NCBI GenBank assembly: GCA_963976765.1
Contig: CAXBME010000011.1
Span: forward strand, 62,001-126,000
DNA length: 64,000 nt
Direction of reading: 5' to 3'
DNA from: an uncultured Planctomycetaceae bacterium
GTDB taxonomy: Bacteria; Planctomycetota; Planctomycetia; Planctomycetales; Planctomycetaceae
Position numbers and translations under genes: made by a program. Under the pieces are notes generated by a model. It saw only the letters and a program-made list of their open reading frames with translations. It searched no databases and was not told the origin of the DNA. Numbering within the stretch: the stretch's first letter is position 1; the number at the start of each line of letters is the position of its first letter. Below are positions 8,303-18,667 of the stretch, in pieces.

Positions 8303-10336
8303 CTATTTGGATTTCCTGTCTGGCCGGTAACCTTTTCCTGGCCTGCCGCGACCTTGTTTTTTTCCGCCGCCTTGTTTCTTCCCACCGAGTCCAGCCTCTG
8401 AATTGTGGACGTACTCACCGCGAAATCGCCTGTTCGCGTCTTTGCGTCGAGCTTCCAGGGCTTCCTTCGGCGGCTTCGATGGAATCAGGCTGTCGCAGCC
8501 TGGCCCGATCAAATCCTGACGTCCCGCCTGCTCCAGAGACTTCCGAACTTCGAAATAGTTTTCCGGTTTGAAAAACTGCATCAACGCACGTTGCAGCTTC
8601 CGGTCTCGAAGATGCTTCGCGATATGTACCGGCTGTTTTGTGAACGGGTCGACGCCGGTGTAATACATGGCTGTGGCGACGTCGAACGGTGCGGGAATAA
8701 AGTCCTGCACCTGATCCGGCTTGTAGCCATTGCGTTTCAGAAAAACGGCAAGATCGATCATGGCGTGCAGGTCGCTGCCGGGGTGACTCGCGATGAAGTA
8801 CGGAATAATAAACTGCTTCTTGCCGGCCTTCTCGGACTCTTCCATGAAAACTTCCGAGAATTTTTCGAAGTCGTCTGTCGCCGGCTTCCGCATCAGGCCA
8901 AGGACGCCGGCATCCGTGTGCTCAGGCGCGACTTTCAAATGCCCACCAACATGGTGCTGAACAAGATCTCGCATGTATTCGGGCGATCGTCGCGCAAGGT
9001 CCATGCGGATTCCACTGGCGACGAAGACTTTGCGAACTCCGGGAGTCTCGCGCACATCTTTCATCAGCTCGACCAGCGGACTGTGATCCGTGCCGAGCAG
9101 TTTGCAGATCGTTGGATGAACGCACGACTGTCGCCGGCAAACGGCTTCGACTTCCGGCTTCGAGCACTTCATCTCGTACATGTTGGCCGTTGGTCCGCCG
9201 ATGTCACTGATGACGCCTTTGAACTCGGGATCCCTCGTCATCTTCTGAACTTCTTTCAGTACAGAGTCCTTACTCCGCGACTGGATCGTTCGGCCCTGGT
9301 GAGTCGTAATTGAGCAAAACGTGCAACCGCCGAAACAACCCCGCATGATCGTGACCGAGTCCTTGATCATTTCGTTGGCCGGGATTGTTTCGGTGTAGCT
9401 CGGGTGAGCCCGCCTGGTGAATGGCAGGTCATAAATCGCATCCATTGCTGCCTGCGAAATCGGAATCGCTGGCGGATTGGCGATGACGGGCTGATTGTCG
9501 TGCCACTGAATCAGCTTTCGAGCATTCCACGGATTCGTCTCGTTGTGAATCATCTTCGTCGCTTCGGCAAAGGCCATCTTGTCCGTCGAGACCGCTTCAA
9601 AGCTGGGGATCTCCAGACAGTCAGCAGGCGGCGTTTCTTTGGCACCGAGCGAGTAAGCCACTCCCCGCATGTCACGCAGACTTTTGACATCGGCCCCCGA
9701 GTCCAATCGTCGCGCGATTTCAACGACCGCTTCTTCGCCCATCCCGAACACAACCAGATCCGCTTTCGAATCCAGCAGGATCGATCGCTTGACCTTGTCG
9801 CTCCAGTAGTCGTAATGGGCGAGTCGTCGGAGTGATGCTTCCACGCTGCCGGCAATCACCGGCACGCCCTTGTAAGCCTGCCTCGCTCGCTGGCAGTAAC
9901 TCAGAGTCGCCCGGTCTGGCCGCAGACCAATCCGACCGCCGGGCGAATAAGCATCCGCATTGCGGACCTTTCGATTCGCGGTGTAGTGGTTGATCATCGA
10001 GTCCATATTCCCCGCGCTGATCGCGAAGAAAAGCCTCGGACGACCAAAGCGTTTCCAGTCGTCGCACGTCTGCCAGTCCGGCTGACTGATGATGCCTACT
10101 CGAAAACCAGCGGATTCAAGAACTCGCCCAAGAATCGCTGACGCGAAACTGGGGTGATCGATGTAGGCGTCGCCGGTGACAAAGACGACGTCCAGTTCGT
10201 CCCACCCGCGATCGCGCGCTTCATCCATCGACATCGGGAGCGGTCGAGCGTCGCAACGCTGCTGGCCTCGACGCAGAACGTCAGCCAGTTCATCGCCGCC
10301 AAAGTGAGTTTCAGCAAGAACGGGTAACTCGAGCAT
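8303..10336 (-). CDS. ygiQ: YgiQ (UPF0313) family radical SAM protein
   Basis: VTGDAYIDHPSF, AGNMDSMINHYT, RGCFGGCTFC (CxxxCxxC), GGPTANMY, VAPEH, PYFIASHPG, QVQDF. Confidence 0.95.
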   Translation of the reverse strand: MLELPVLAETHFGGDELADVLRRGQQRCDARPLPMSMDEARDRGWDELDVVFVTGDAYIDHPSFASAILGRVLESAGFRVGIISQPDWQTCDDWKRFGRPRLFFAISAGNMDSMINHYTANRKVRNADAYSPGGRIGLRPDRATLSYCQRARQAYKGVPVIAGSVEASLRRLAHYDYWSDKVKRSILLDSKADLVVFGMGEEAVVEIARRLDSGADVKSLRDMRGVAYSLGAKETPPADCLEIPSFEAVSTDKMAFAEATKMIHNETNPWNARKLIQWHDNQPVIANPPAIPISQAAMDAIYDLPFTRRAHPSYTETIPANEMIKDSVTIMRGCFGGCTFCSITTHQGRTIQSRSKDSVLKEVQKMTRDPEFKGVISDIGGPTANMYEMKCSKPEVEAVCRRQSCVHPTICKLLGTDHSPLVELMKDVRETPGVRKVFVASGIRMDLARRSPEYMRDLVQHHVGGHLKVAPEHTDAGVLGLMRKPATDDFEKFSEVFMEESEKAGKKQFIIPYFIASHPGSDLHAMIDLAVFLKRNGYKPDQVQDFIPAPFDVATAMYYTGVDPFTKQPVHIAKHLRDRKLQRALMQFFKPENYFEVRKSLEQAGRQDLIGPGCDSLIPSKPPKEALEARRKDANRRFRGEYVHNSEAGLGGKKQGGGKKQGRGRPGKGYRPDRKSK

Positions 10337-10626
10337 CGGAAAATTCGATCGGTAGGGACTTGCGGACGCCAGTGTCAGTCATCGGCTTTGCCGTAGATGT
10401 TAACGATGAGCGTCACAATTCGGTGCTGTTGCCAGACAGTTTCAGCCGGAATCTACCAGCTGAGCCGATTTTTCAGTCTTAGTCGGGAAAACCGGTCCGC
10501 TCAGGTCGTGATAAGCGGCTCCACTTCGGATGATTCGATCGACTTTACGCAGGTCAGCTTCCAACCGTCCGCTTGCCTGCGAGGATCTGATCATCCCGTT
10601 ACACTTCGTCAGAGACCGGCTGCTCG

Positions 10627-10690
10627 GCAGTGTGCGTCTCGACTCGCCACTGCACCACGTGAATCGAAGGCGCGTCAAGACGCACCCGAC
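10627..10690. repeat. Inverted pair of degenerate GTAG-type REP palindromes
   Basis: GCAGTGTGCGTCTCGACTCGCC (10627-10648) faces GGCGCGTCAAGACGCACCCGAC (10669-10690); both resemble GTAGGGTGCGTCTTGACGCACC or its reverse complement. Confidence 0.55.
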
Positions 10691-10764
10691 GCTCGAATCG
10701 CTCTCCTCAATCGAGAGCCGGTCTACGACTGTCAGGATACTTTGTTCATTCAGGGACGGACTCA

Positions 10765-11547
10765 ATGACGGATTGGAAAGAATTTCAGGACACGGGAATT
10801 GTCGCCGCTCGAGAAGCAGGACGCGTTCTGCAGGAATGGTCGAAAAAGTTTACGATCAGCGAAAAGAGTCGCAAGAACCTGGTCACCGAAGCGGACGTCA
10901 ACGCGCAGGACGCCATCTTTCGGATTATCCACGACAAGTACCCGGACCACAGCTTTCTCGGCGAAGAAGACCTTGCCGTTGAAAATGCAGATTCAGACTA
11001 TCGATGGATCATCGACCCGCTCGACGGCACCACGAACTACGTCCACCAGTTCCCGTACTACTGTGTGTCGATCGCGTTGGAGTACCAGGGCGAACTGACG
11101 ATCGGCGTCATCTTCGACCCGACTCGTGACGAGCTGTTTACAGCGGTCCGTGGTAAGGGTGCATTCCTGAACGACGAACGAATCCACACCTCGGACGCCG
11201 ATCAGCTCTACGACGCCATGTGTGTCGCGAGTCTGCCTGTCGGCGGAACGGGCGATGAACCCCAGGTGAAGCAGTTTCTGAACGTCTTCCCGAAAGCCCG
11301 CAGCGTTCAACGGACCGGCTCGGCAGCGTTGAATCTGTCGTACGTCGCCTGCGGTCGTCTTGATGCCTACTGGTCAGGAACGCTCAAGCCGTGGGATCAG
11401 GCTGCCGGCGTGATCATCGTTCGCGAAGCCGGCGGACAAGTCACAAAAATCGGCGGTGAAGAGTTCAACGTTCAGGATCCGGACATGCTGGCCAGCAACG
11501 ACGTCCCCGTTCACAACGAGCTGATCGAAGCCCTGAAAATCGACTGA
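10765..11547 (+). CDS. suhB: Inositol monophosphatase family protein
   Basis: LVTEAD, FLGEE, WIIDPLDGTTNY, GSAALNLSYVACGRLD, LKPWDQAAG. Confidence 0.93.
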   Translation: MTDWKEFQDTGIVAAREAGRVLQEWSKKFTISEKSRKNLVTEADVNAQDAIFRIIHDKYPDHSFLGEEDLAVENADSDYRWIIDPLDGTTNYVHQFPYYCVSIALEYQGELTIGVIFDPTRDELFTAVRGKGAFLNDERIHTSDADQLYDAMCVASLPVGGTGDEPQVKQFLNVFPKARSVQRTGSAALNLSYVACGRLDAYWSGTLKPWDQAAGVIIVREAGGQVTKIGGEEFNVQDPDMLASNDVPVHNELIEALKID

Positions 11548-11621
11548 GAAGAAGTCCCCCCCCCGGCAACGAACTCCTCGGCGCCAAGAATCGATCGTGA
11601 TTTGACAAACCAACCGTCATC

Positions 11622-11918
11622 TCACATCAGCATGACAAGGTCGTCGAGGATCTGCAGACGGTTGTAAACTCTGATTACGTGCTGAGGCGTTTCCATCGTC
11701 AACGTCAGCGTCACCGAAACGTGCCGACCGTTAGGCGTATGCCTGACCGAGTGCTGCGGCTGAACTGCCAGTTCAAGAACTTCTGCCACCGCAGCAAGAA
11801 CTGACTCCGCAAAGCGATCAGGATTGCCGCCAATCGCTTTGAAGGTGTACTCCCCCGGAAACTCGTGATTCGTTTCGAGCGATTCCAGAAGCGAATCTGA
11901 ATTCGGATCAACAGGCAC
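11622..11918 (-). CDS. DUF493 / YbeD family protein
   Basis: HEFPGEYTFKAIG and TPNGRHVSVTLT, 98 aa, typical of the family. Confidence 0.85.
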   Translation of the reverse strand: MPVDPNSDSLLESLETNHEFPGEYTFKAIGGNPDRFAESVLAAVAEVLELAVQPQHSVRHTPNGRHVSVTLTLTMETPQHVIRVYNRLQILDDLVMLM

Positions 11919-11946
11919 CAGATCACCGTTTGATTATGATGATTTC

Positions 11947-11987
11947 AAAAACGAGAACGCCGCGCGACGACACTGACGACGCGGCGT
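11947..11987 (-). terminator. Intrinsic terminator after secA
   Basis: Minus strand reads ACGCCGCG...CGCGGCGT followed by TCTCGTTTTT, directly after the secA stop. Confidence 0.6.
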
Positions 11988-11991
11988 CTGA

Positions 11992-14900
11992 TTACTCGAA
12001 CGCGCCGCAGCACTTTTTGTACTTCTTGCCACTTCCACATGGGCACGGATCGTTGCGGCCGACTTTGGCTCCTCGATTGCGGATTGGCTCGATGGCCACT
12101 TCAGACTGTCCGGCTTCCGGGCCATTCTCTGAGTAGCCGCTGCCTTCGGGACTGGCTGGTGCGGGACTGCTCATGTCCGAGACCGAGGCTGCGGATTCGT
12201 GGACGGTATTCGTGATCTCCCACAGTGAACCAACAAACTCTGAATTCTCGTGTTCGAGCCGGAAGATGGCTCCCGTCACCTGAGTTCCAATCGTGTCCCA
12301 CATTTCGCCGAAGGACTTCATCCCCTCGCGGCGATATTCAACTTTCGGATCCTTCTGGGCATAACCGACCAGGCCAACGGCCGAGCGAAGTCGGTCCATA
12401 TCGTACAAGTGGTTTTTCCAGGCTGTATCGAGAATCTCCAGAATGACGGAGCGTTCGGTCTGATGAAGTTCCGGGCGGAACCGCCATGAGTGAGCTTCCA
12501 GGATTCGCTCTTCGGCGACCCTTCGAGTCAACCGGGCAAACTCTTCTTCGGTGAATTTTGACTTAAACGTCGAATTCGACCAGTTGACCAGTGCCGTAAC
12601 GTTGTCGGGATTGGCCACTCGCACTTCTTCCGTAGCCGCTTCGCCGAGCGGTCCGTAGACGATGTCAAGCTGTCGCTCAATTTCGTCCAGCATGTTGCCA
12701 CGTTCGAGAAACTTCCGGCTGGCATCGAGCAGTGTCTTTTCGAGATTGGCGATGCTGCCCAGGTCCTCGTCAGCCAGACGAATTTCGAAGCGGCTGTTTG
12801 CCCAGCGAACCAATCCGTCGCGGTCCAGCCGCTCGCCGCCGCCATCACGCACCGTGAAGCCGTTAAACCCGACGGTTACCGGGAAGCGGACTTCTTTTTC
12901 GCGATACATGTCGCGAACACGCTGGTTGATCAATTCAATGGCGGCTTCCGGCTCCAGACCTTCCAGGTCCGAAGGATCGATCTGAAGCGTGTACTGCTGA
13001 TAGAGCCAGCTCGCGAGCGACACGGCTCCCCAGTCTTCACGGTGGAACATTTCCAGCGGCGACAGGTCGTAACGATCAATGGCTTCGCACGCCCGCTTGT
13101 AGATATGCACATGCAGATCGCGACGACCAATCTTCTTCAGCTCGCGATCGTTCGTGTTCAACCCAAACATGGTGTTGATCCAGCGCGACTGAGCCTGCCA
13201 GTTCCACTCGGCTTCGTCTTCCAGTTCCGGCAGATTCTCTTCCAGACTTTCTGCAATCGTCTCGTCAGCCTGACGCTTGGCTTCTTCGACCACAAACTGC
13301 ATCAGTAGGTCGCGTTCCATGTCGCGAATTTCGTCTGGCGTGATTTCGAGATGAATGACCGTGGCACACCAGTCGCAGATCGTCTGCCAGCGATACATTC
13401 GGTGCAGCACCTGTTCGGTGAACTGCTCGACCTGCCGATCGATCATCTCCAGAACGAGGTCCCGACAGATACCGCCGTCGAGAATTCGCTGCCGGTACGT
13501 GTAAACTCGTTTTCGTTGCTCGTCCATCACCTCGTCGTATTCCAGAAGGTGTTTCCGAGTCTCGAAGTGGCGTTCTTCGACCTTCTTCTGAGCCGCTTCA
13601 ATTCGTCGTGAAACCATACCGCTTTCGATGGCTTCACCTTCCTGCATACCGAGATTCGTCAGCAGCGTTTTCACCCAGTCTCCCATAAAAATTCGCATGA
13701 GGTCGTCTTCGAGTGATACGAAGAAACGACTTGAACCGGGATCCCCCTGACGACCGGAACGACCTCGCAACTGAAGGTCGATTCGCCGGGAATCGTGACG
13801 TTCGGTACCGATGACATGCAGCCCGCCCAGTCCAGCGACCTTACGGGCTTCTTCCTTCATGCCCTCCCGCTGGGCGATTCGCTCGGTGACCGAGTCCCAT
13901 TCGGCTTTGGAAACGTCAAGACGAGACGCGTGAATCTTGCTCAATTCGTCCCAGGCGAGATGTTCTGGATTTCCGCCGAGAACGATGTCCGTTCCTCGAC
14001 CGGCCATGTTTGTCGAAAGAGTCACTGCGCCCAGACGCCCGGCCTGAGCCACAATTTCCGCTTCACGCTCATGAAACTTCGCGTTCAGCAAACTGTGCTG
14101 GATACCGTACTTTTTGAGCAGGCCGCTGACGTGTTCAGATTTTTCAATCGAAACCGTACCAACCAGCACCGGTCGACCGGTCGCGTGGACTTCGCGGATT
14201 TCATCAATGACCGCGTTCCATTTTTCGCGTTCGCTTCGGTAGATGACGTCCGTATGGTTAATTCGCTGCATCGGACGATTCGTCGGCACGCTGATCACGT
14301 CCAGGCCGTAGATTTTCAGAAACTCGTCGGCCTCGGTCATCGCCGTTCCGGTCATCCCGGCCAGCTTGTCATACAGTCTGAAGAAGTTCTGCAGTGTGAT
14401 TGTCGCCAGCGTCTGCGTTTCCTGTTTGATCCGCACGCCTTCTTTTGCTTCAACCGCCTGATGAAGCCCATCGCTCCACTGACGACCGGTCATCTTTCGC
14501 CCGGTGAACTCGTCGATGATGACAACGTCACCGTTCTCAACGACGTAGCTGACGTCCCGCTTGTAAAGGTGATGAGCCTTCAGCGAGTTATCGATCAGGT
14601 GCGGCCAATGCATGTTGCCGGCTGTGTAAAAACTCTCGACCCCCGCCAGTTCTTCGGCGTAACGAATTCCTTCGTCGGTCAAGTGGCAGGTATGCTCTTT
14701 TTCTTTGACCTCGTAGTGCAGATCCGGCTTTAGTTTTCGAGCGATCTGGTCTGCCTTCGGGTACTTCGTCGTGTCGTCGTGCGCCGGCCCTGAAATAATC
14801 AGCGGCGTTCGTGCTTCGTCGATCAGGATGTTGTCGATTTCGTCGACCAGAGCAAACTGCAGCGGCCCTTGAGCCTGCAGCTCGCGGGTTGGTTTCATGT

Positions 14901-15576
14901 TGTCGCGGAGGTAATCGAAACCGAATTCGTTATTCGTCCCATAAGTAATGTCGCAGGCATAAACTTTTCGCCGCTCCTCGGGGTGCATGTTCGCCTGAAT
15001 GGCCCCCACCGTCAGCCCAAGCCCCATATAGAGTGGAGCCATCCACTCCATGTCACGCCGGGCGAGATAATCGTTTACGGTGATGACGTGAACCTTGCCA
15101 GCCAGCGCGTTGAGATACGTCGGCAACGTCGCGACCAGCGTCTTACCTTCACCGGTCGTCATTTCGGCAATCATGCCGCGGTGCAGAACGATGCCCCCGA
15201 CCAGCTGCACGTCGTAGTGCCGCATCTTCAGGTAACGAAAGCCAGCCTCGCGAGCTGCGGCGAAGGCGTCGGGCAGGATGTCGTCGAGCGTCTCACCGGC
15301 GTCGAGTCTCGCTCGAAGTCTGGCAGAGGTCTGCCGAAGTTCGTCTTCGCTGAGTGCCTGATACTTCGATTCCAGGTTTCCAATCTGATCGATCAGCGAC
15401 CCCGGAATAACCTTTGATTCACCGTTCTTCTCGCGAACGAAACCGATATTCTTAACGCGTCGCTCGTTCGACGAGCCAAACATCCCGGTGATGCTGCGTT
15501 CGACCGTCGATGTGACAGCCGTGAAGATGTCACCAATTTTGCCAACGGAATCACCAAGCTTCTGAAGCGTATCCAT
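11992..15576 (-). CDS. secA: Preprotein translocase ATPase SecA, long form (about 1190 aa)
   Basis: [73 protein letters not shown] and C-terminal [18 protein letters not shown]. Start placed at MDTLQK (ATG 15576, AGGA upstream). Confidence 0.97.
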   Translation of the reverse strand: MDTLQKLGDSVGKIGDIFTAVTSTVERSITGMFGSSNERRVKNIGFVREKNGESKVIPGSLIDQIGNLESKYQALSEDELRQTSARLRARLDAGETLDDILPDAFAAAREAGFRYLKMRHYDVQLVGGIVLHRGMIAEMTTGEGKTLVATLPTYLNALAGKVHVITVNDYLARRDMEWMAPLYMGLGLTVGAIQANMHPEERRKVYACDITYGTNNEFGFDYLRDNMKPTRELQAQGPLQFALVDEIDNILIDEARTPLIISGPAHDDTTKYPKADQIARKLKPDLHYEVKEKEHTCHLTDEGIRYAEELAGVESFYTAGNMHWPHLIDNSLKAHHLYKRDVSYVVENGDVVIIDEFTGRKMTGRQWSDGLHQAVEAKEGVRIKQETQTLATITLQNFFRLYDKLAGMTGTAMTEADEFLKIYGLDVISVPTNRPMQRINHTDVIYRSEREKWNAVIDEIREVHATGRPVLVGTVSIEKSEHVSGLLKKYGIQHSLLNAKFHEREAEIVAQAGRLGAVTLSTNMAGRGTDIVLGGNPEHLAWDELSKIHASRLDVSKAEWDSVTERIAQREGMKEEARKVAGLGGLHVIGTERHDSRRIDLQLRGRSGRQGDPGSSRFFVSLEDDLMRIFMGDWVKTLLTNLGMQEGEAIESGMVSRRIEAAQKKVEERHFETRKHLLEYDEVMDEQRKRVYTYRQRILDGGICRDLVLEMIDRQVEQFTEQVLHRMYRWQTICDWCATVIHLEITPDEIRDMERDLLMQFVVEEAKRQADETIAESLEENLPELEDEAEWNWQAQSRWINTMFGLNTNDRELKKIGRRDLHVHIYKRACEAIDRYDLSPLEMFHREDWGAVSLASWLYQQYTLQIDPSDLEGLEPEAAIELINQRVRDMYREKEVRFPVTVGFNGFTVRDGGGERLDRDGLVRWANSRFEIRLADEDLGSIANLEKTLLDASRKFLERGNMLDEIERQLDIVYGPLGEAATEEVRVANPDNVTALVNWSNSTFKSKFTEEEFARLTRRVAEERILEAHSWRFRPELHQTERSVILEILDTAWKNHLYDMDRLRSAVGLVGYAQKDPKVEYRREGMKSFGEMWDTIGTQVTGAIFRLEHENSEFVGSLWEITNTVHESAASVSDMSSPAPASPEGSGYSENGPEAGQSEVAIEPIRNRGAKVGRNDPCPCGSGKKYKKCCGAFE

Positions 15577-16246
15577 AGTTCGATCCTGAGGAATCGCATT
15601 TGACGATCGCGGCACAGCTTGAGCAGTGTCTGGAGACGATGCCGTGGGATCAGCATGCGGATCGGTCGCCAGACAGACGGCGGCGGATTGGCCTGCGACT
15701 GAATTGCGATCGCCCGTCTGCAGCCCCTCCCTGAGTGCGGGCGAACCGGCGGCTGTTGTGTGCAGCGAACTGTATGACTGTATTTGACTTAAGTCGTCAT
15801 CGGCCCGGATGGTATTGCCTCGTGTAAACATGGTCAACGGCCCTTAAATTCTGCCTGGACGACGCAGTCTCGTGTTAATTCATCAATCGTCACGATGTTT
15901 TACGACCCCACTCTGTCACATCAACGATGGACAAGCCGAAGGTCGTATCTCGCCACGTTGTCAGATCGCTCAACCATCCCGGTACGAACCGCCATGGCAA
16001 ATAACAAAGACAGAGCCACTGGATTGGCCACTGACCTTCACGGATCGACACTTATGATCTCCGTGGGCAGCCCAGACATCGGTGCCGATCCGAAGCATTG
16101 TGGCCTAGATCAGCCGCCACTAAACCCAAATCCCGCCCAGTGCCGATCTTCCGATAGACATTCTTTGATGGGTCTGATAGTTTCAGCGACGATCGTAGAT
16201 GGAACCTGAGTCTCAAACAGAACTTAACTGCAGACGAGGCCGAATC

Positions 16247-17548
16247 ATGTTTGACTGGACCGGACAGAATTACACACATTGCGACGGCATGGCGAGACGT
16301 GATTTTCTGCGAATCGGAGCCTTGACTGCTGGCGGTTTAACATTGCCCGGTCTCCTGAAAGCCGAGTCTCAAGCCAGCGGCAAAGCGACAGGCAAATCGA
16401 TTATCAACATCATCCTGAGCGGTGGCCCGTCGCACATGGATATGTTCGACTTGAAGCCCAATGCTCCGAAGGAATTCCGCGGAGAATTCCGTCCGATCGC
16501 CACCAAAGTGCCTGGCTTCGACATCTGTGAGCACATGCCGATTCTCGCTGGGATGGCCGACCGAATCACCGCCATCCGCTCTATCACTGGCATGAATAAC
16601 GAACACTCAAACGCACAGTCCGACACCGGCTGGCCGCTCAAGTCGCTGGAATCGCTCGGCGGTCGCCCCAGCCTCGGTTCGGTCATGTCTAAGATGTTCG
16701 GCCCGGCTCAGATCACAAGTACCGGCTCGGCTCCGACTTTCGTCGACCTTTCGGGAGGAACCCGGCCCGGTTTTCTCGGACAGGTGTTCGCCGGTTATCG
16801 CCCTGACGGTACTGGCAAAGCTAACCTCACTTTGAATCGCGACGTCTCCCGATCCCGCCTCGGTAACCGCCAGGAACTGCTCAGCGGTTTCGACACGCTG
16901 CGTCGAGACATCGACGGCTCAGGCATGATGAACGCGCTGGACAGCTTCACCGAACGTGCCGTCTCGCTGATTACGTCCGGCGACGTCGCGCGAGCACTCG
17001 ACACCAGGCAGGAAGACCCTCGACGTCTGCAACGTTACGGAATGCCGACCGACCGGGACGCTTCGAAGTTTGTGCTGTCTCGTCGCCTGATCGAAGCTGG
17101 AGCCCGATGTGTCTCGTTTACGATCGGTGGCTGGGACACTCACAGCAAGAATTTCGATTCACTCAGCAAGAAGCTGCCCAACATCGATCGTGCCATGAGT
17201 GCTCTGATTGAAGATCTGGAAATTCGAGGCCGCCTGGACGACACCATCATCATGATGTCCGGAGAGTTCGGGCGTACCCCCCGCATCAACGGAAACGCCG
17301 GCAGAGACCACTGGCCTCGCGCTGCGTCGTTCTTCCTGGCTGGCGGCGGCATGAAGCACGGCCAGTTTATTGGCTCGACCAATCGTCTCGGCGAAGTCGC
17401 TCAGGATCGCCCCGTCCACATCCAGCAGGTCTTCGCCACCGTCTACCATCAGCTTGGCATTGATCCAAACGCTGTCGTTTTGACCGACCCCAATGGTCGC
17501 CCCCAGTACCTCATCGACAACCGCCAGCTCATTGACGAACTGGTTTAG
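16247..17548 (+). CDS. DUF1501 domain protein with Tat-type leader
   Basis: ARRDFLRIG, GGPSHMDMFDLKP, GWDTH, GEFGRTP, GRDHWP, LAGGG; start ATG 16247 after GAGG. Confidence 0.9.
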   Translation: MFDWTGQNYTHCDGMARRDFLRIGALTAGGLTLPGLLKAESQASGKATGKSIINIILSGGPSHMDMFDLKPNAPKEFRGEFRPIATKVPGFDICEHMPILAGMADRITAIRSITGMNNEHSNAQSDTGWPLKSLESLGGRPSLGSVMSKMFGPAQITSTGSAPTFVDLSGGTRPGFLGQVFAGYRPDGTGKANLTLNRDVSRSRLGNRQELLSGFDTLRRDIDGSGMMNALDSFTERAVSLITSGDVARALDTRQEDPRRLQRYGMPTDRDASKFVLSRRLIEAGARCVSFTIGGWDTHSKNFDSLSKKLPNIDRAMSALIEDLEIRGRLDDTIIMMSGEFGRTPRINGNAGRDHWPRAASFFLAGGGMKHGQFIGSTNRLGEVAQDRPVHIQQVFATVYHQLGIDPNAVVLTDPNGRPQYLIDNRQLIDELV

Positions 17549-17860
17549 ACCAGTTTCATGGTTTCCGTCCAGAAGCTGGTAACCGGAACAGCCATTGTTT
17601 CCCTGGTGGACTCCTGCAGAACACTGAAAGAATTCTGAAGGTGCTCTCGTGAGTAGATCGCAGAGCGGTCACTGCCCGCCTGGCCTATCAGACACCAGCG
17701 ATCGTCATCCAAAGTCGCAACGACAACGCCCGAGAGCGATGCCCATTGATGGCGATGCAGCCCGAGCCGTGACCTGCTCCGGCTGAGTGACTGAAGAAAT
17801 CCTGACCAGCCATAGCAAGAAGTCAAACGAAACCGGCATTAATCTCGAACCGTGACTTGC

Positions 17861-18241
17861 CTACTCGGCCTTTTTCTTCGCTTTGTCGATGGACAGCTTC
17901 AGCCAGGCGTCGAACTGCTCAGACTCAACGCTAACCAGCTTCGCGAGTCGCTTCAGGACGATCGCTTCGTCTCTACCCAAGCGACCATCAATGATGGCGA
18001 CCTTGAACAGAACCTTCAGAGTCTCCTGCGGCTTCTCAACCGCAACACGAAACTGTGAATCGAGAAATTTGTCATCGGATTCTGCAAGGTCGATCATCGC
18101 TTGAAGCGAGGCCGTTCCAATCCCGGCCCTGTCCGCCAGCGTTTGCAGGGCACGACGTTCAGCATCGGACGTATCGCCGTCAGCCCCCGCGACGCAACAG
18201 GCGGCTCTCAACAGGTCAACTTTTCGCATCGACTGATACAT
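17861..18241 (-). CDS. TerB/DjlA-N-like protein
   Basis: LLRAACCVAGADGDTSDAERRAL and a second VAIIDGRLGRDEAIVLKRLAKL motif. Start set at ATG 18241 (GAAGG upstream); the longer ORF N-terminus looks spurious. Confidence 0.7.
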   Translation of the reverse strand: MYQSMRKVDLLRAACCVAGADGDTSDAERRALQTLADRAGIGTASLQAMIDLAESDDKFLDSQFRVAVEKPQETLKVLFKVAIIDGRLGRDEAIVLKRLAKLVSVESEQFDAWLKLSIDKAKKKAE

Positions 18242-18667
18242 TCGAACCTTCACTCCCTCGACAACATCAGCGAGCTGCCTGATCGTTCCCCAAAAGAACG
18301 CGCCGCCACAGTCGCCTGCCCGTTCCACACCGTTCTCAGTTGTAACAGACCTTATCCGAAACCAGAAACCGAATCCGGCAAGTCGAACAAACACTCGCAC
18401 CAGCCCGTTGAAAACAGAATCCTTGGGCAACACAGCCTTATTGAGGTTCAGCGTGTTCCGGCATATCAAAGTCCTTTACAACGTCAAAGGGCAGCCACCA
18501 GACAATCGAATGCCAGACACCTGACGAAGTCGAAAGCTGTTTCAGGAGAACTGTGCCGCCTGGGCATACAGTTCAGGCCGTCGTTATTCAGTGAGCGATC
18601 GTGCGGCTGCCCGCTTACCGGAACCACACAGCGTTACCAGGAGTTCATTGTGTTTTGTCACCTCACC

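Noticed and set aside
8303..10336. Radical SAM protein as a sulfatase maturase or RiPP enzyme
   Set aside because: It has YgiQ motifs, no SPASM Cys cluster and no adjacent precursor peptide.
11556..11564. C9 homopolymer as a phase-variation tract
   Set aside because: It lies between two convergent 3' ends, outside any CDS or promoter.
15577..15837. 87-aa N-terminal extension of SecA
   Set aside because: Low-complexity open frame; a better SD and start lie at ATG 15576.
18101..18667. 190-aa N-terminal extension of the sulfatase ORF (660 aa in the track)
   Set aside because: It overlaps the opposite-strand TerB-like gene, has non-protein-like composition and precedes an obvious signal peptide.
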